49,488 nt of DNA from Atractiella rhizophila (lineage: Eukaryota): the NCBI GenBank assembly GCA_021432655.1, contig MU271343.1, positions 36,360 to 85,847 of the forward strand, written 5' to 3'. Under the pieces are notes generated by a model. The model was not told where the DNA came from. It did not search any database and was given only the letters and a program-made list of their open reading frames with translations. Below are positions 22,592 through 35,723 of the stretch, one piece after another (positions within the stretch are counted from its first letter, which is position 1; each line of letters opens with the position of its first letter). The translations under genes and the position numbers were made by a program.

Positions 22592-25133
22592 TCACTTTGG
22601 TTTATTCTTTTCCTCCTCCTCCTTTCTCTTCCTCATCTCCTCCAACTTCTCCCTATACTCCGTCTGGATCTTGACCAGAATCTCCTCCGTCGCCGCGGGG
22701 GAACCTGGTGGCCAGACCCTTCCAACAACGTCGTCGATACAGTCGAAGTCTTCAGTGGTGAAGTCCCTTCCGCTCTTCAGCCAAAACATCAAACAGCTCC
22801 CTCTCATCTGCATCCCCCTTCCCGTCTTAGGATCCCGTGTATAACTCACCCCCATCCGACAAATCTCTCCAGGGGCAGAATTGAACTTTATGCCATCGAT
22901 CCCGCCTTCGATCCTCTGGCCTTTCGGTCCAGCGTCGTAAGCGAGCACTAACGCGGATTCTCCGTCAAAAATGAGAGAAATGGGGGCAATGAGGACTTTG
23001 AGACGTTCAGGGGGGCATGGAGGGATGAGGAGTGAGGAGAGGTGTGGACGATTGAGGGTGGATAGATGGGAGAGAGATTTTGGGACTGGAGTGGGATTGG
23101 CAGAGATGGAACCGAGGAAGAGGAGGCCGAGTTGGGTGAGGGTAGATGAACGAGTGGAGGCGTTGCAGGTCAGGATGTGGTTGGCCCAGTCCTATTTCCC
23201 CTGCTATCAGTCAACGTCGTTTATGGTGAAAGTTGGCATTCTAGGATGTTAAGCTATATCTAAGTTCGCTCGCTGCACCGTCCCAAGCGAAGCTTAGGTA
23301 GGCAGCTGAGACGAGGTTCGGCCGATCAGTGCATGAGAAAGGTTTGGAGAAAACACAGGGTATCAGCTGATGGAAACGGCATCGAGCTGATCTGTAGCGC
23401 AGAGGAGAACGGAGATCTATTTCAGAACAGATTTTCTGTCTCAGTCTGACCAGGATTCCACTTTCCCACCTCTCTTCTCCCGTGTCCACGATGCGGGAAC
23501 TCAAACTCTCTGGTGGAGATGGGAAGCCGCGGGTCTTCAAATGCTCCATTCCATGTAATCCATGGATGCGAAAAGACAGACGAGTGCACACCAATGGTCT
23601 TGACACAGGTGATGGTAAACTACATTGAAAGGCTACTCGTTGCACTGAACCGCGTCGACCTCAAAATTGGGGCCAAGTGCCAGGATATCCCTAATTCTTT
23701 GTGACGCGCGAATGGAAATTGCTTTGGCTTGTTAAGCACGAATTAAGAGCCTCTTTAGGTGGGACGTACACCTCCAAATAATCTTTTATTAGGAAGCACG
23801 ACTCAAATCATGTTTAATCTAGAGGCACATTTTTCATTGGGAGCGCGACTCCAAACCATCTTTAATTGGGAAGGACGACTCAAATCATCTTTGGTCGGCC
23901 AGCACGAATTAAAGACACTTTGGCTCGGACGGACACGGACGAATTAAGACCACATTTGCAGTAGTTGGGAAGCGCAACACAATCATGTTTAGGTGGCAAG
24001 CACGGGATGTCACGCTTTCGAACCAAGCTTTCCGACATGAACCCGTCGAAAACCAAGGACGAGAAAGGGTTTTCTTTGCTTGCAAAGTGTGGAGTGACAA
24101 GGAGGACTCCTGCGTCCACAATGTCCTGGCTCTTGGAGCGGACTAAGCGAGAATGAACAGCCTTTGGTTTGCTGAATGTGGGGTGGAAAGAAGAATAATG
24201 TATCGACATTAAAATGTTGAGCTTGCTTCTGGAGCTCTGGAGCACTAGGGAAGTTGGGGTTGAATGGGTACGAGTGCTTCTTCCCAGATCGAAGCTCAGG
24301 CTGAAAGGGTCAAATTGGGAACTACGAAGTGAACACTATCGTCCTCTGCCCTGATGAGGAACCAGCGATCGAGGAACTAGATGAAAGGAATATATAGTGA
24401 GACTGGGAGATGGGAGATAACACAATGTTCCTGGCACACAACCTAACTTGAGAGCAGGCCAATCGAAGCCGACGTAAGGCGCCGTTGCGGACCAGCAACT
24501 CTTGAATATGAAAGTCATGAACACATTTCCTAGGTCGCCGAGAAAGGAGACAGAAGAATGAAGGATGAGCGGCTAGCATCACGAGCTATCTGGAGACCTT
24601 GGGCGAGAGGGAGCTGGCCTTTCATCCGTGGATGAACTGTTTATCATCTCATGCAGAGGGCATCAGGCCGTACTGAGTGATGAGGTGATCGTGTGAGCGA
24701 TGCAAGGTACGGAGCGGATGAGCGGAGGAGTGTCAGGATGGAAGGCGGACATGGCACTCGCCCATGGGATGTCATGATCCCCGTGATCGAATGGGCGAGA
24801 ACAAGAGTCCTGAAGATGAAGAACCAGAGATGGAACAGAGGAAGACAAAATTTGGATTTGGAAGAAGGTAAAACAAAAACAAGTTTGGAAGCAAAGCGAA
24901 CGATGAGGAGGAGAACAGCTTACGGCTTTGAGATGTTCTTCCGAACAATAACCCACGATCTTACACCCCAAACACTTTGTCTTCGTCGGCTCTCCACACA
25001 CCCTGCACTCCTCCGATCCCGGTCCTGCTAACGCTCCTGCAACTCCGGCGCCAAACCCAGCAGCGGATCCTGGACGCGGGGAGCCGGGAGGCTTGGCGAG
25101 GGATGGAGGGAGGAGATAGGCGAATCGAGACAT
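22592..25133 (-). CDS. MYND zinc-finger protein (269 aa); exons 25133-24924 and 23191-22592
   Basis: Exon 1 ends CRVC...CLGC...YCSEEHLKA|GTAAGC. Exon 2 follows a branch site and acceptor (GACTGAT...AAATAG|) and begins DWANHILTC, completing the MYND motif in phase 0. Exon 2 is open to the stop at 22592. Confidence 0.85.
23699..24005. repeat. Degenerate ~29-bp minisatellite, about 10-11 units, inside the MYND intron
   Basis: Units such as TTAGGAAGCACGACTCAAATCATGTTTAA, TTGGGAGCGCGACTCCAAACCATCTTTAA, TTGGGAAGGACGACTCAAATCATCTTTGG and TTGGGAAGCGCAACACAATCATGTTTAG. Confidence 0.75.
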
Positions 25134-25872
25134 AGTTGTGATTGCCCTTTGCTGGATGGGATGGTTTGGAAAGATTGATCAGGCTCTGAAGTTTGTTGGT
25201 GGTTCTGAGTCGTGATCCGTTGGCGGGAAGGCGACATTATAGTTTGCTTCTTGTGGAAGAATTTCTGTTAATGTTAATAACGGCCCCATTGAATCATTAA
25301 ATCTGTTGCTGTCGGTTGGAGTCAGGAACGGATTGCTGGAAGGTGCGATGGAAGGAGTGTCACGTAGAACACTAGCTGATTGCCTCTACCAGAAGAGCGG
25401 GTGTACGTCATTTCTCAGCGGTATCGTTTATTGTTCTCATGCATCTTTTCTTATTTCAGCCTGCGCCTGGCCCGCGTTTCCTCAGCAGCTTGTTTTCCTC
25501 TGTGTTTCCATATTCCCAGCTATTATCAGCAGCGCAAATTTATTATCGTTCGCAAGATTCGCACGCACTGGCGCATACATTCAATTTCCTCCATTCACTA
25601 CCTATTGTAACGAACTCAACGCTCACATCGTTCAGCGCATCTAAAGAAGTTTAGACCCCGAGATCCAAGAATATAAATATGAGGATACATCCTTCCTTCC
25701 GTCCTTCTTCCCACCCTAATCCTTAGTCTACTAAGTATCCCTTTCTATTCTCTTCTGTCCATCCTACCTCTCTTCTCCTTCTCCCTCTCCGTATCCTTCT
25801 TCTCTTCCTTTCTGATACGCACCACTCATCAACATCTATAATCGACTCGGTAATAACAATTGACATCATATC

Positions 25873-28800
25873 ATGGATCAACCGACCTCACCACCGGACC
25901 TCCTCACACTCGCCGCATGGTACCAAACGCACGCCATACCACAGCGTTTCTCACCAGGTATCGTGGTCGCAAGCATCATCGTCTCCTTCCTCGGCTGCTA
26001 CACCTCCCTGCTTCTCATAGGTCGACGGACGGGAACGACTGGAAGGGGTAACGTCCTGCTCTTGCTCTTGAGCGCTGGTACGATGGCCAGCGTGGGGATT
26101 TGGGGAATGCATTTTTTGGGAATCCATATAACACTCGTTCCGGCTAAAGGCGTGTTGTGGTATATCAAGTTCCATCCTGCGTAAGTCTTTCCCTTCGTTG
26201 CTTTCCATGTTGACAATGTTAACAAAATACGCAACAGCTTCACAGTCCTCTCGCTCTTCGTTCCACTCATTGCTCTCGCCGGCGCATTCGTCTTTCTCGG
26301 CTCACAACAAGAATTCTCCTTCTTCCGAGTCTTGGTTCGTCCCACTGATCTCAATCCGAACAGAAAACAAGTCGCTGACTGATGGTATCGTGACAGGTGA
26401 CTGGGATCCTATTCGGACTGATCATCAGCCTGATGCACTACTCGGCTTCCCTCTCAGCCTCCTTCGCCGTCTCATATCAGCTCCCACACCTCATAGGCTC
26501 CATCGTCCTCTCCTGCGTCTCTTCTGCCGCCGCACTTCTGGTCTTCTTCCGGTCTGTCCCTCCTCTCCCATCCTACCTGCTATCGAATGAAACGATGAAA
26601 CTGATTGGATATGTGACAGGTTGAGACATCATTGGCAAGACGTCTTCCACAAACGAGCGTTATGCGCTTTGGGACTCGCCTGCTCCGTTTCGGGAATGCA
26701 TTACGTCGCGCTCGCAGGGACCAGCTGGAAAGTCAAGAAAGGTACTACCAGCGACGGTTTCACAGCTGGGAGGAAGAGCAGCAACACGCTCGTCATTGGT
26801 TCGTCTTCCCATCTTTCACCGTTCCCTCCTACTATCTGTGTTGGAGGCGATCAGAATGCTGATTTGGTCGCGCTTGGGAACTTGGGATACAGCTATATCA
26901 GTTATGTCTTTCTTCGTCTGTCTTCTGGCGATCGCGATTGGGTATTCGGATCATTTGATCAAGAAGAAAATTGAGGCAAAGGCGAGAGAGGTCTTGGTTG
27001 TTTCTGTCGCTTTCGATAAGCAGGGAAGAGTTTTGACACACAAGGATGGAGTGTTACCTATGAAGGTGATCGAATCCAGATCCGCCTTGGAGGTCCGTCT
27101 TTCGTCTTCTCCATGAATGTGGGAAAATGGTCTCACATTTTTGGTTCCGTTGGAATGGATAGGACATTTTATACCAGCTGGATCATCGACAGTCGACCTT
27201 CCAATACCTTTACTCGCTCTCCTTCGACTGGTCCCTCCTCACTCCGTATATCAGCAAGATCCTCGCGCACTCCTTCGGCATCGTCTCTCCTACTCCACCA
27301 ACGACGGCTGCCTGTCCTTTCACCGGACGTCGAAAGGCAGCTCCCATCCCCGATTTCGACAAGGCTGGAACTAATGTAAATTCTCCAAGGAATGGGTTGG
27401 TGATGGGGATGGGGATGGGTGGTATGGGATTCGTGGAGAAATTCATTGAGAGCGCGGTGTCATTGGCGGGCGAATTGAAAGTGGAAGTGGAAGACATCGG
27501 AGTGTTGTATGATCGGATACTGACAACCGGGACGAGGGGAGAGAAAAGATTGAGGCGGAATCTGGATGAGGAAAAGGTGTCACAGACGTCGTATGGGTCG
27601 CATACGGAAGGAGGGAGCGGGGAGGAATCAGAGGCGGCGTCGGTCATCGAGGTCCATCGGAGTGATAAGGGAGTCATGCTCTTCCTTGTCAGACAGATTT
27701 CTGGAAAGGGGAACGATTCACCAGCCAAGTACGCTCAGAATGGATATCGGTTCGTGGAACCGGATATCTTGGCTAAGTTGCTCGGACAGAGGTTTTGGAT
27801 CGACGAGGACGAGATGGCGAGCTTGCTGCAGAGCTTGAATAATTATGGAAGGAGAGGTTTCAGGCCTTTGGTTCAGAGCGAAGGTCTTTATGTGGGATTA
27901 TTTGGTGTCAGGGCGGCGAGCACGAGGCAGGGAGGAGTGGAGACGTGCGTTCCTTCTTTTAAATATTGTCGAGCGGCAAGTTAACGGATGTGCTTGTTCG
28001 GATTCGATCAGGCTGGTGTACAACTTTTCTCGGCTCCAGATACCGTGCTATCGCCTTCCGGACGTTCAAAAGTTCACTCAGGAGATGCGTGAATGGGTAA
28101 CATCTCTGACCGGGAGGACGATGAATGAGGTGCTCGCTGAATGTGAACGTTCGATCCAATCGTCACCCTTCTCAGATCTGGTCATATTTCAGACCTCCCT
28201 CGCTACGGCCGTTGAAGCAGTTCTCGTCGCCCTCGTCGACGTCTACCCCAATATCGGCAACATCGCCCGTCTCTCCACCGAGCTCACAGATGCCCCCGCG
28301 AGCTTGGATGATTCTGTCAAGCCAGCAAATATCATCCTGTTCGAGGCTGTCCTGCCTGCAGGTTTCGAGGATGGGATTAGAGGAGGCGACGTGAACGAAG
28401 GCATCAAGGGGACCCCATTCATGTTTACGCCTTACTCGCTCTTTGCCAAGGGACAGATGATGATGATGAGGGGGAAGAGTGCGAAGGACTTCGGGAAGGA
28501 GGTGATGAAGGATTTGGGTAAGAAGTATGCTGATGGAGTGTCGAGGACACCTGGATTCGAGAGGCACGGTTCAACCATTAGAATCTCTCAGGTGGTTGAT
28601 TCGCCTCGCAACTCTGTGATCGCTCCTTCGCGCTCTGTCACCCCTCTTGCTTTCACCCCGCCTCAGCCTTCCATTGGAGCCGAAACAAAGACGATAGTCG
28701 GCTCTCCATTTCAAGACGACGACATAGTTCCAATCGGTAGCGTTGGCAGTCATACGACCGTTGAGGATACACCGTTGTCGTTGGCGAGCTCGAGCAAGTC

Positions 28801-29361
28801 GTCCAACGCAACCTTAATAGGAGCTCCAATCTCAGGTTTCGATGCGAGGAAATGGGGCACAGTGACCGTTCCACGACCTTTTATTATCCGTAGTGGTTCT
28901 GTTCCGCCCCTGGCTTCACCCCCTTCCCCTCCTCCCACAGCTCGCACCTCGCGTTCCTTCAGCAATTACAACCTCGGCGCAAACGTCCCTCTTCAAACCC
29001 TGCCAAGCTCCGTTTCCCCAACCAGCTCACCACCCAATCGCCCTCTGACCCTCGCCCCTGGTCTCCCACCTGCCGCTCTCGGTCCTCCAATCGCCCTCGT
29101 TCCCGTGTCTCCTTCAAAAATCAAGTTAAAACGTCCAGGGACGGGACACAGCGCTAGCATTAGCGTGGCGGAAGAGGAGGAGGTGCCAGTCCCGAAGGCG
29201 TTGCCAGTGGCTATTCATGCTAGGTTGAGGTGCGATGATTGGTATGCAAGATGTATGAGCAGTTTGGAGCTTAGTCCAGACGGTGACAAGTGAGTCTCCT
29301 TTTTTGTCAAAGGCTGTAACTGAGTAATCAACGCGATAGTCTTCTTGGTGTCAACTGGTAG
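25873..29361 (+). CDS. MHYT-domain integral membrane protein with a large cytoplasmic C-terminal region, multi-exon
   Basis: Hydrophobic N-terminus with three MHYT-like motifs (GIWGMHFLG, ISLMHYSA, VSGMHYVA) and a preceding VVASIIVSFLGCYTSL helix. The last exon after an intron near 29290-29339 gives NLLGVNW*. Confidence 0.88.
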
Positions 29362-29743
29362 TCCGTCTATCTTCACCAAGGCTGTATCTCCTTCACTAGT
29401 AGCTAGTAGCAGAAATATACATAACCTTTATGCTTATACTCCTTATTCAGTTTGTGTTTTTAATGATCGTTCCTTGGGCTTGTTGTTTCTACTACTGTTT
29501 GTCTTTTGGTGGTCTCCTTTGTGAGTCTTTTTGGTGGTGCGGGTGGGCGATTTTGGTTCTTTGGTCATCGGTTTCAAGGCGATGATGAGGAAGTTAGCAA
29601 GCTGGCCTCCATGATGAAGTTTCTAAAACAAAGTCAGCGCTTGGTACTCAGTACAAGTTCAAGGGCTGCAAAACATGAATGATAATGCAATGCAATGCAC
29701 ATAAGTCTGTTGTACAACATACTCTAGTCCTCGGTGCGATATC

Positions 29744-31829
29744 TCACTGGTGGTCATCCCCATATTGTCTTGCAATGCCTGATCTTCCAACCTCGAGCTG
29801 CGCTGGCTGTGAGTCCTCCAAATCTTCATTGTCAAAGCCTTTGCTTGGATCTAGTCCTTTGTACTGGCGCGCTATGAGCAGCTCGCCTTAGGATGAGCGA
29901 ATGGAATCAGTTCCATGCAGTGCTTGATGGCGGAAAGCACAAACCAGAAGCGCTACCCAGCAGGCGTGCGACCTGCAACTTTTCTGAATCAGTGAGCGTG
30001 AGCTGGCCAGTGAGAGAAGTGATGAGTTCCATTGAACCTGATTAGGAAGTCAGCCTTGGTAAGGATTATCCACAGAGAAAGAGGGATACCATCGTCGATA
30101 TTAGGGGATTCAGCCTTCTCATTTGCTCCTTGCGTTACTGTGTTAAGATCCTTGCTTTCGAACGTCTTCCGGGTCCTCAACTTTCCCGTGACAGCTGAGA
30201 AAACCGCATTTTGTTCCTCTGTCTCTGCCTCTTCATCATCGAGTTCGTGTTCCAGAACCCACCCCCAATCCACTCGATACTCTCCCGTCCACGATTTTGC
30301 TTCTGGCTGGAGAGCGAGAAACAGCTCATAAGGTGTAATGATAGGAACGTTGTAGTCCTGATCGTACATTTACGGCCACAATTCAACTGAAAAGAATCCA
30401 ACCTGTGAGAAAAGCATACCTTTCCTTTCTCCCTTCCCCACACCAACTCAGACTCTCCACACCCAATCAAAACATAGCATTCGACCTCTGCAAAGTTGGC
30501 CAATTTTGCTGGATTGACTCTCCCGACGGCGAAAGTGTACGCTTTCTTCTTCCGTTGTCCTAGCATACGTCGCAGCTTCTCGAGCAATGGCAAGAGGCCG
30601 GATGCTCCCCCAAAGCCCCCCTTGACCAACAGACCGAAGACGTCACTGTCCCGTGCTTTCTGGACTGCAGCGTACCGACGCATGAGCTGTTGTTGGCGCA
30701 TCCGAGAGGTTTGGCTGGTGGTAGAGAGGGAGGCTGAGGATGGATCGTATGTTATGATGGCTGTTGAGGTGGAACAAAGGTAGGAGAGATAAGAGTGTGT
30801 GGGCGAGCCGAGATAGATGGTCAATGGTGAAGTAGAGTCTGAAGCAGTGGACTGTTCTGAAGAAGGGTTAAGAGTTGACGTGCTGATAGTGTACGAGGGC
30901 AAACAGGAGCCTAGGTTGGATAGGATGTCATCTGCCTGATACTCGTTATCCAATTTATATTCGAGGACGGGAGCAGAAATGTACCAATGCACCAGGCATA
31001 TCCAGGATCAAACCGCACAAGTAAGTTGCGCGTTTGTGGATTGCTCCCAAGCTCTTCTGTCACGGCTCTACTAATCGCTTCTCCAAATTCCTGCCTTTTG
31101 TCTTGCGGAAATGGTAACTTTGGCAGAATGTACATAACCTCCACTTTCGAAGGGCTGCTCCAACAAGAATCACGTTAGAACTTTTCCCCGAGAAGTAGAA
31201 ACAGAAATGCATACGAGCTATAACAAGCATGTCCATAATGCACTATGAAGTCAGCCTCTACGTGAGCGGCCGTTATATGATCGATGCAGCATCTGCAAGC
31301 CGTCTCAGCATCAAAAGAAGTCGACGCAAGAAGGAAACTTACGGTGCGTAAGTGCTGTCCGCGCCGACGTAGATCTTCTTTGTGCCATCGACTCTAGAGC
31401 GCAAGTAGGAATACACGCGTGAGGAATCCGAAAGTTGGGAATCAGGGAATTGCAAGACTATCTGTGAGGAATGAGCCCAGGTATTCAATAACAGCGATCT
31501 TGACGTGTTTTATGGTATATCAGAGCAAATATTGTTCAAGGCCATTTTATCCTTTTAATAGGATCGGGAAAGGAACCAGCAGAGCAAGGAAAAGCTGATG
31601 TTGGTCTTCGCTCGGTGGTATAGCATACGCTGCAAGCAACACGTCGAAATATAAGAAAAGTAAAGATACTTACATATTTGCAATTCGATACATTCAACCT
31701 CTCCACCGTTTCCTTCAACTCGTAAACTTGCTCGAAGGACAAAGACTGATCATAGTCAGCGGTTTGTAACTCAGAGCCATCAACGATTGGCTCGAGGATC
31801 GCTTTTTCCCCGCTTGCAGCTATAGACAT
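29744..31829 (-). CDS. DPH2: Diphthamide biosynthesis protein 2, multi-exon
   Basis: [91 protein letters not shown], C-terminal GRSGIARQY. Confidence 0.93.
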
Positions 31830-32691
31830 GCTGGCAGGTGGCAAATACTCCAGAGATTCTGTCTAGTGTAGCACCGTGTGCTGTAGTCTTTGGCTTTCGA
31901 GCTGCTTGCTGTTTGAGTTGCTGATGATTGAAAACAGTGAATAAGGTTTTTGTTTTCCAAGAAGGCTGCCAGCTCCAGTCTTTTTTTTCCACTTTCCAAC
32001 GACGAGCTTGAAAGAGCTGAGTTGTAGGAGTCGACGACAAGGAGACTGCGAGAAGGAACAGATTTCGCAGAGGGGAATATGAACTGACAGTTCAAGGTAA
32101 GCATCTCGTTCTTACAGGCAGGGCAGAATGTCGATTTGGACACATCCACTTTCCACATGATGAATTATCTTAAAACGTTATCCCTGTCCTAGCTGGAGCT
32201 CAAAGCTTCCGATGACGAGGATTGATATATGGTAACCTACTGATGAAAGCCACTTGTCTCACTTACGCTTGAAAACTTTGTCACCAAGGCTCTCAAACTG
32301 ATTGTTCTATTGGGTGCATAGAATAGTGTCCTTGTCAGCCTTCTACAGCGAAAGCTGGTGTAAGGGAAGGGAAGATGCAGGTGAGGTCTGACCATATTAC
32401 CTTGTTTTATGTATTATTACCTCCAATGAACAACATTATTTCGACAGACAGGACCAAAACACGCGAGAAAGCGTTCAGACTCTGTAAGAAGCACAATTCA
32501 AAACCCATTCGCCCTTCTAAAACGAAAATCAAAATGAGAAAACAGAAAACAGACAATGCATAAGCGGCACGTGTATTGTGATGAACAGTGACTGCCCTAA
32601 CCCTAAATCTCGTTCAACACAACTGTTTTCCACGCAGGCAAGGCATACCATTCGACAGTCAATTCAGCCGTGAGAGAACCTAGCTGCGACC

Positions 32692-35264
32692 ATGGCGAGT
32701 ACCTCTCAAACCACCTCTCGCAAGCGTCCGAAGGTGTACGACGCGCCTACGATTGCGGAGAAAAACGCTCGGAATGACTTGTTGGAACGGGACAACAAGC
32801 GTGCCCGCACCGGAACTATCACAGCAGGTGTGAAGGATGATGGGGTTGACAAGATGGAGAGCAGCATCGAGGCTGGATGGGGAATCGAGATCGGGAGCGG
32901 GAGAGGCAGTGGAGGTGAGAAACTCGTGATGAAGTCGGGATTGCGGTTGCAGGCGATGCTGGGCTTGGGAGAGGGTGATGGAAAGGGGAAGAAGCGCGTC
33001 CGGGACGAGACATCTGTCTCTGTCGCCCTTTCACATGGAGCGAATGGCAGGACTCCAACACTCAAATATCCGTCGAATGCGATTCCCAACAACTTGGTAC
33101 AGGAGAGAGCGAGCAAGAAACCAAAGTTGATCGTCCTATCCTCCTCCGGCAACGATCCTCGACCCTCGAATCACAAGCACTCCAAACAGCAAGAACCGTC
33201 CTCCACAGCTGGTCTCGTCCCTCCTTCGACATCGACGAATGTGAAGGGCAAGCAAAAACCGGCAAAGCCTTCGCCGAATACGCAGAGGAGGATCCTCAAG
33301 GATCACATGAAGGAGAAAGCGCGATGGAGAGAGAAATACATAGACGCCTTCAAGCGCGAATTTGTGTTCTATCTCGATGGATTGGATCGAGAGACGGAAG
33401 AGAAAGTTACTGCGGGTATCATGGCGCTGGATGGGGTATGTCTCTTCTTCCTTTGCGACAGGTGGAATGGTGGTTGAAGGGCGTTGTCGCGGACAGAAAA
33501 TAACGCACTTTTTGAGCACCGACGTCACCCACTTCATTGTCACCGCGGAGAGGGAGAAGGAGAAAGCGAAGATTCTGCATAACGTCGATAAAAACAGGAC
33601 CAATGGACAACTTTTCAACGAGCTCGATATGACTGGCACTCCGAGGAGAGCGTCAAAGAAATCGTTAGTTCTACCTTCACAGTCTTGTTCCCAGTTGATT
33701 TAGCCGTTGTCTGTGTGGACAGGACGTCAATACCGAAGGTGCAACCGCCCGTGAAAGCTGTTAGCCTACACGATACAGCTGAGAGATTAGGGATGCGTAT
33801 TTGGCCCTTGGAGAGTGCGTCGACAATCCTCCTCATCCTCCTTTGATTGCCTCTTCATACTTACGTCGATCCGTTCATTGGGAGAACAGAGCTCGAATAT
33901 GTTATGTGCAACCTCCTATCTCCCTCCAATCCCTCCATTGGTCTCTCTCGCGTCCTCTCGGCCCTCTCTGCCTCCATCCCCCACCTTCTCACCGGCGCGC
34001 TCCCCGTCAGCGGGAGCTCTGCCTCTCTGCCATCTCTCCTCCACGCCGAAGCCTCCAGTGGTCGGACTCTGGAACATGATCCCCTTGCTTCTTCTCGAGA
34101 TCCTCATTGGCGCGAAGTTCACCCCAAAAACGTTCATTTTATTGTTGAAGACGCTACGGGAGTGCACAAACCGATCATCATTGCGGAATACCAGAAGCCG
34201 AAGAAGAACTCGAAGGATGCCCCGGATTGGCCGGTGCTTCACCTACCTGTAGCTGGAGTTGGTGCAGCAAGAAAAGTGATGGAAGGAAGAACACCGTTTG
34301 TTGCTGAGAGTGACGATGAAGCGAGGCTCAAAAGGGATGATAAACTTGCCCGTAGAAGGAGGGATGCGGTTGCGGAGGAGAGGCAAGAGCAGAGGAGAAA
34401 GCTCAGGGGTGATCCGGCAGCGGTGGTAGAGATTGAGGAGTCGGATGAAGAGGAAAAGAAGCCAACAGTGCCAGCGAAGCCAACATTGAATCAGCGGCTG
34501 GCTGCATTGTCGACTAAGCCACGTCAACCAGTGAATCAACAGATACGTCGTTCTGTCTCCCTTGCCAACCTCCCTTCCCGCACAACCACAGCTGCGACTG
34601 CGTCCACCAAACTGACAGACATGGCTCCACCTCCTCTTCCCGTCCGTCGCTCACAAGAAGAGAAGGATGAAGACGATCCATCCATCGTTCCACCTTTGCT
34701 TCTCAAAGTCGGTGTCCATACCCTTCCGGGTAACCCGCATTGGAAAGTGGACCGCGATAGAGATGGTGCCTTTCTTGCTAGTGGGAACTCGATCAGTATG
34801 AGTGCCATTGCTTCGACAACGAGCATGATGACCGGAGGCACGGGTACGGGGTCGGCTGCTCCGGCAGAGGATATGAAGAAAGTACCAATGGATCCAAAAA
34901 TTGCTGCGCTAAAGAAGCGGGAAGTAGATCTAGGTGTTCGCGCTGGTGGAATGGAAGGAAAGCTGAAGAGGAGCGTCTCCATAGATGCTGCCCTTAATGC
35001 ACGGAAGGGTGGGTTGCAGAAGAAGGTCCTGGCGCCGAGAGCGAAGGAGAAAAAGAAGAAGGAGGGATATTGCGAGAATTGCAGGGGGAGATATGAAGAT
35101 TTCGATGCAGTATGTCCTCCGCTCCTCCCTCTCCCACCATATTGACTAGAATTCATTTGGAATAGCACGTCGTTTCAACCAAGCATAAGAAGATTGCGAA
35201 CAAAGACTCATACTGGAAGGACGTAGATGAAATCATCTCTGCTGTACAGAGAGAGGTACGCTGA
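32692..35264 (+). CDS. DBF4: Dbf4/Dfp1, regulatory subunit of the Cdc7 kinase (DDK), multi-exon
   Basis: Motif N (FVFYLDG...ITHFLSTDVTHFI...GMRIW), motif M (FIVEDATGVHKPIIIAEY...WPVL) and the DBF zinc finger (GYCENCRGRYEDFDA|HVVSTKH). Confidence 0.9.
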
Positions 35265-35723
35265 CGATAAAGAGCACCAATTCATCATTTATCTGTATAT
35301 TTCAAGTATGCATTTCATCCATATTCATCTTCCTTTTCCAAACTTTACCCTGTGTATACTTTTAGCACCTTTATTCTCATATCCACTGATTTGATTTGGT
35401 TCATTATGATTTGTCGTTCATCCTGTTCTTTGCAATGGTACAGTCCAAAACAATCCATCCATCATCATATAATCCTCATATTGACCACAAGCTTGCTTGT
35501 TTCTGCAGCGTCCCAAATCAACACTAGAAATTAATAATACTATTTGGCGTTGACTGAAAGAATGAGCAATCCCAAAAATTTGTTAATCAGCTAAAGGTCA
35601 AAGTCCGGAACCGAATGTCTTCTCGCCACAGCCAAAAAGTTTGTGTTTGCCGACGACCACGACATCCATCTTCGCCTCCACCCTTTCTTTCCGTTGCTCC
35701 AACTCGTTCCCTAACCTTTCAAC

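Noticed and set aside
23699..24005. CRISPR-like appearance of the ~29-bp repeats
   Set aside because: Units are head-to-tail without unique spacers, degenerate, inside a eukaryotic intron and without cas genes.
24351..24386. CTGATGA...GAAA resembling a hammerhead ribozyme core
   Set aside because: The intervening bases do not form stem II and no stem I/III pairing is evident.
32595..32606. CCCTAACCCTAA telomere-like dimer upstream of DBF4
   Set aside because: Only two units; it could be a telobox-type promoter site but cannot be distinguished from chance here.
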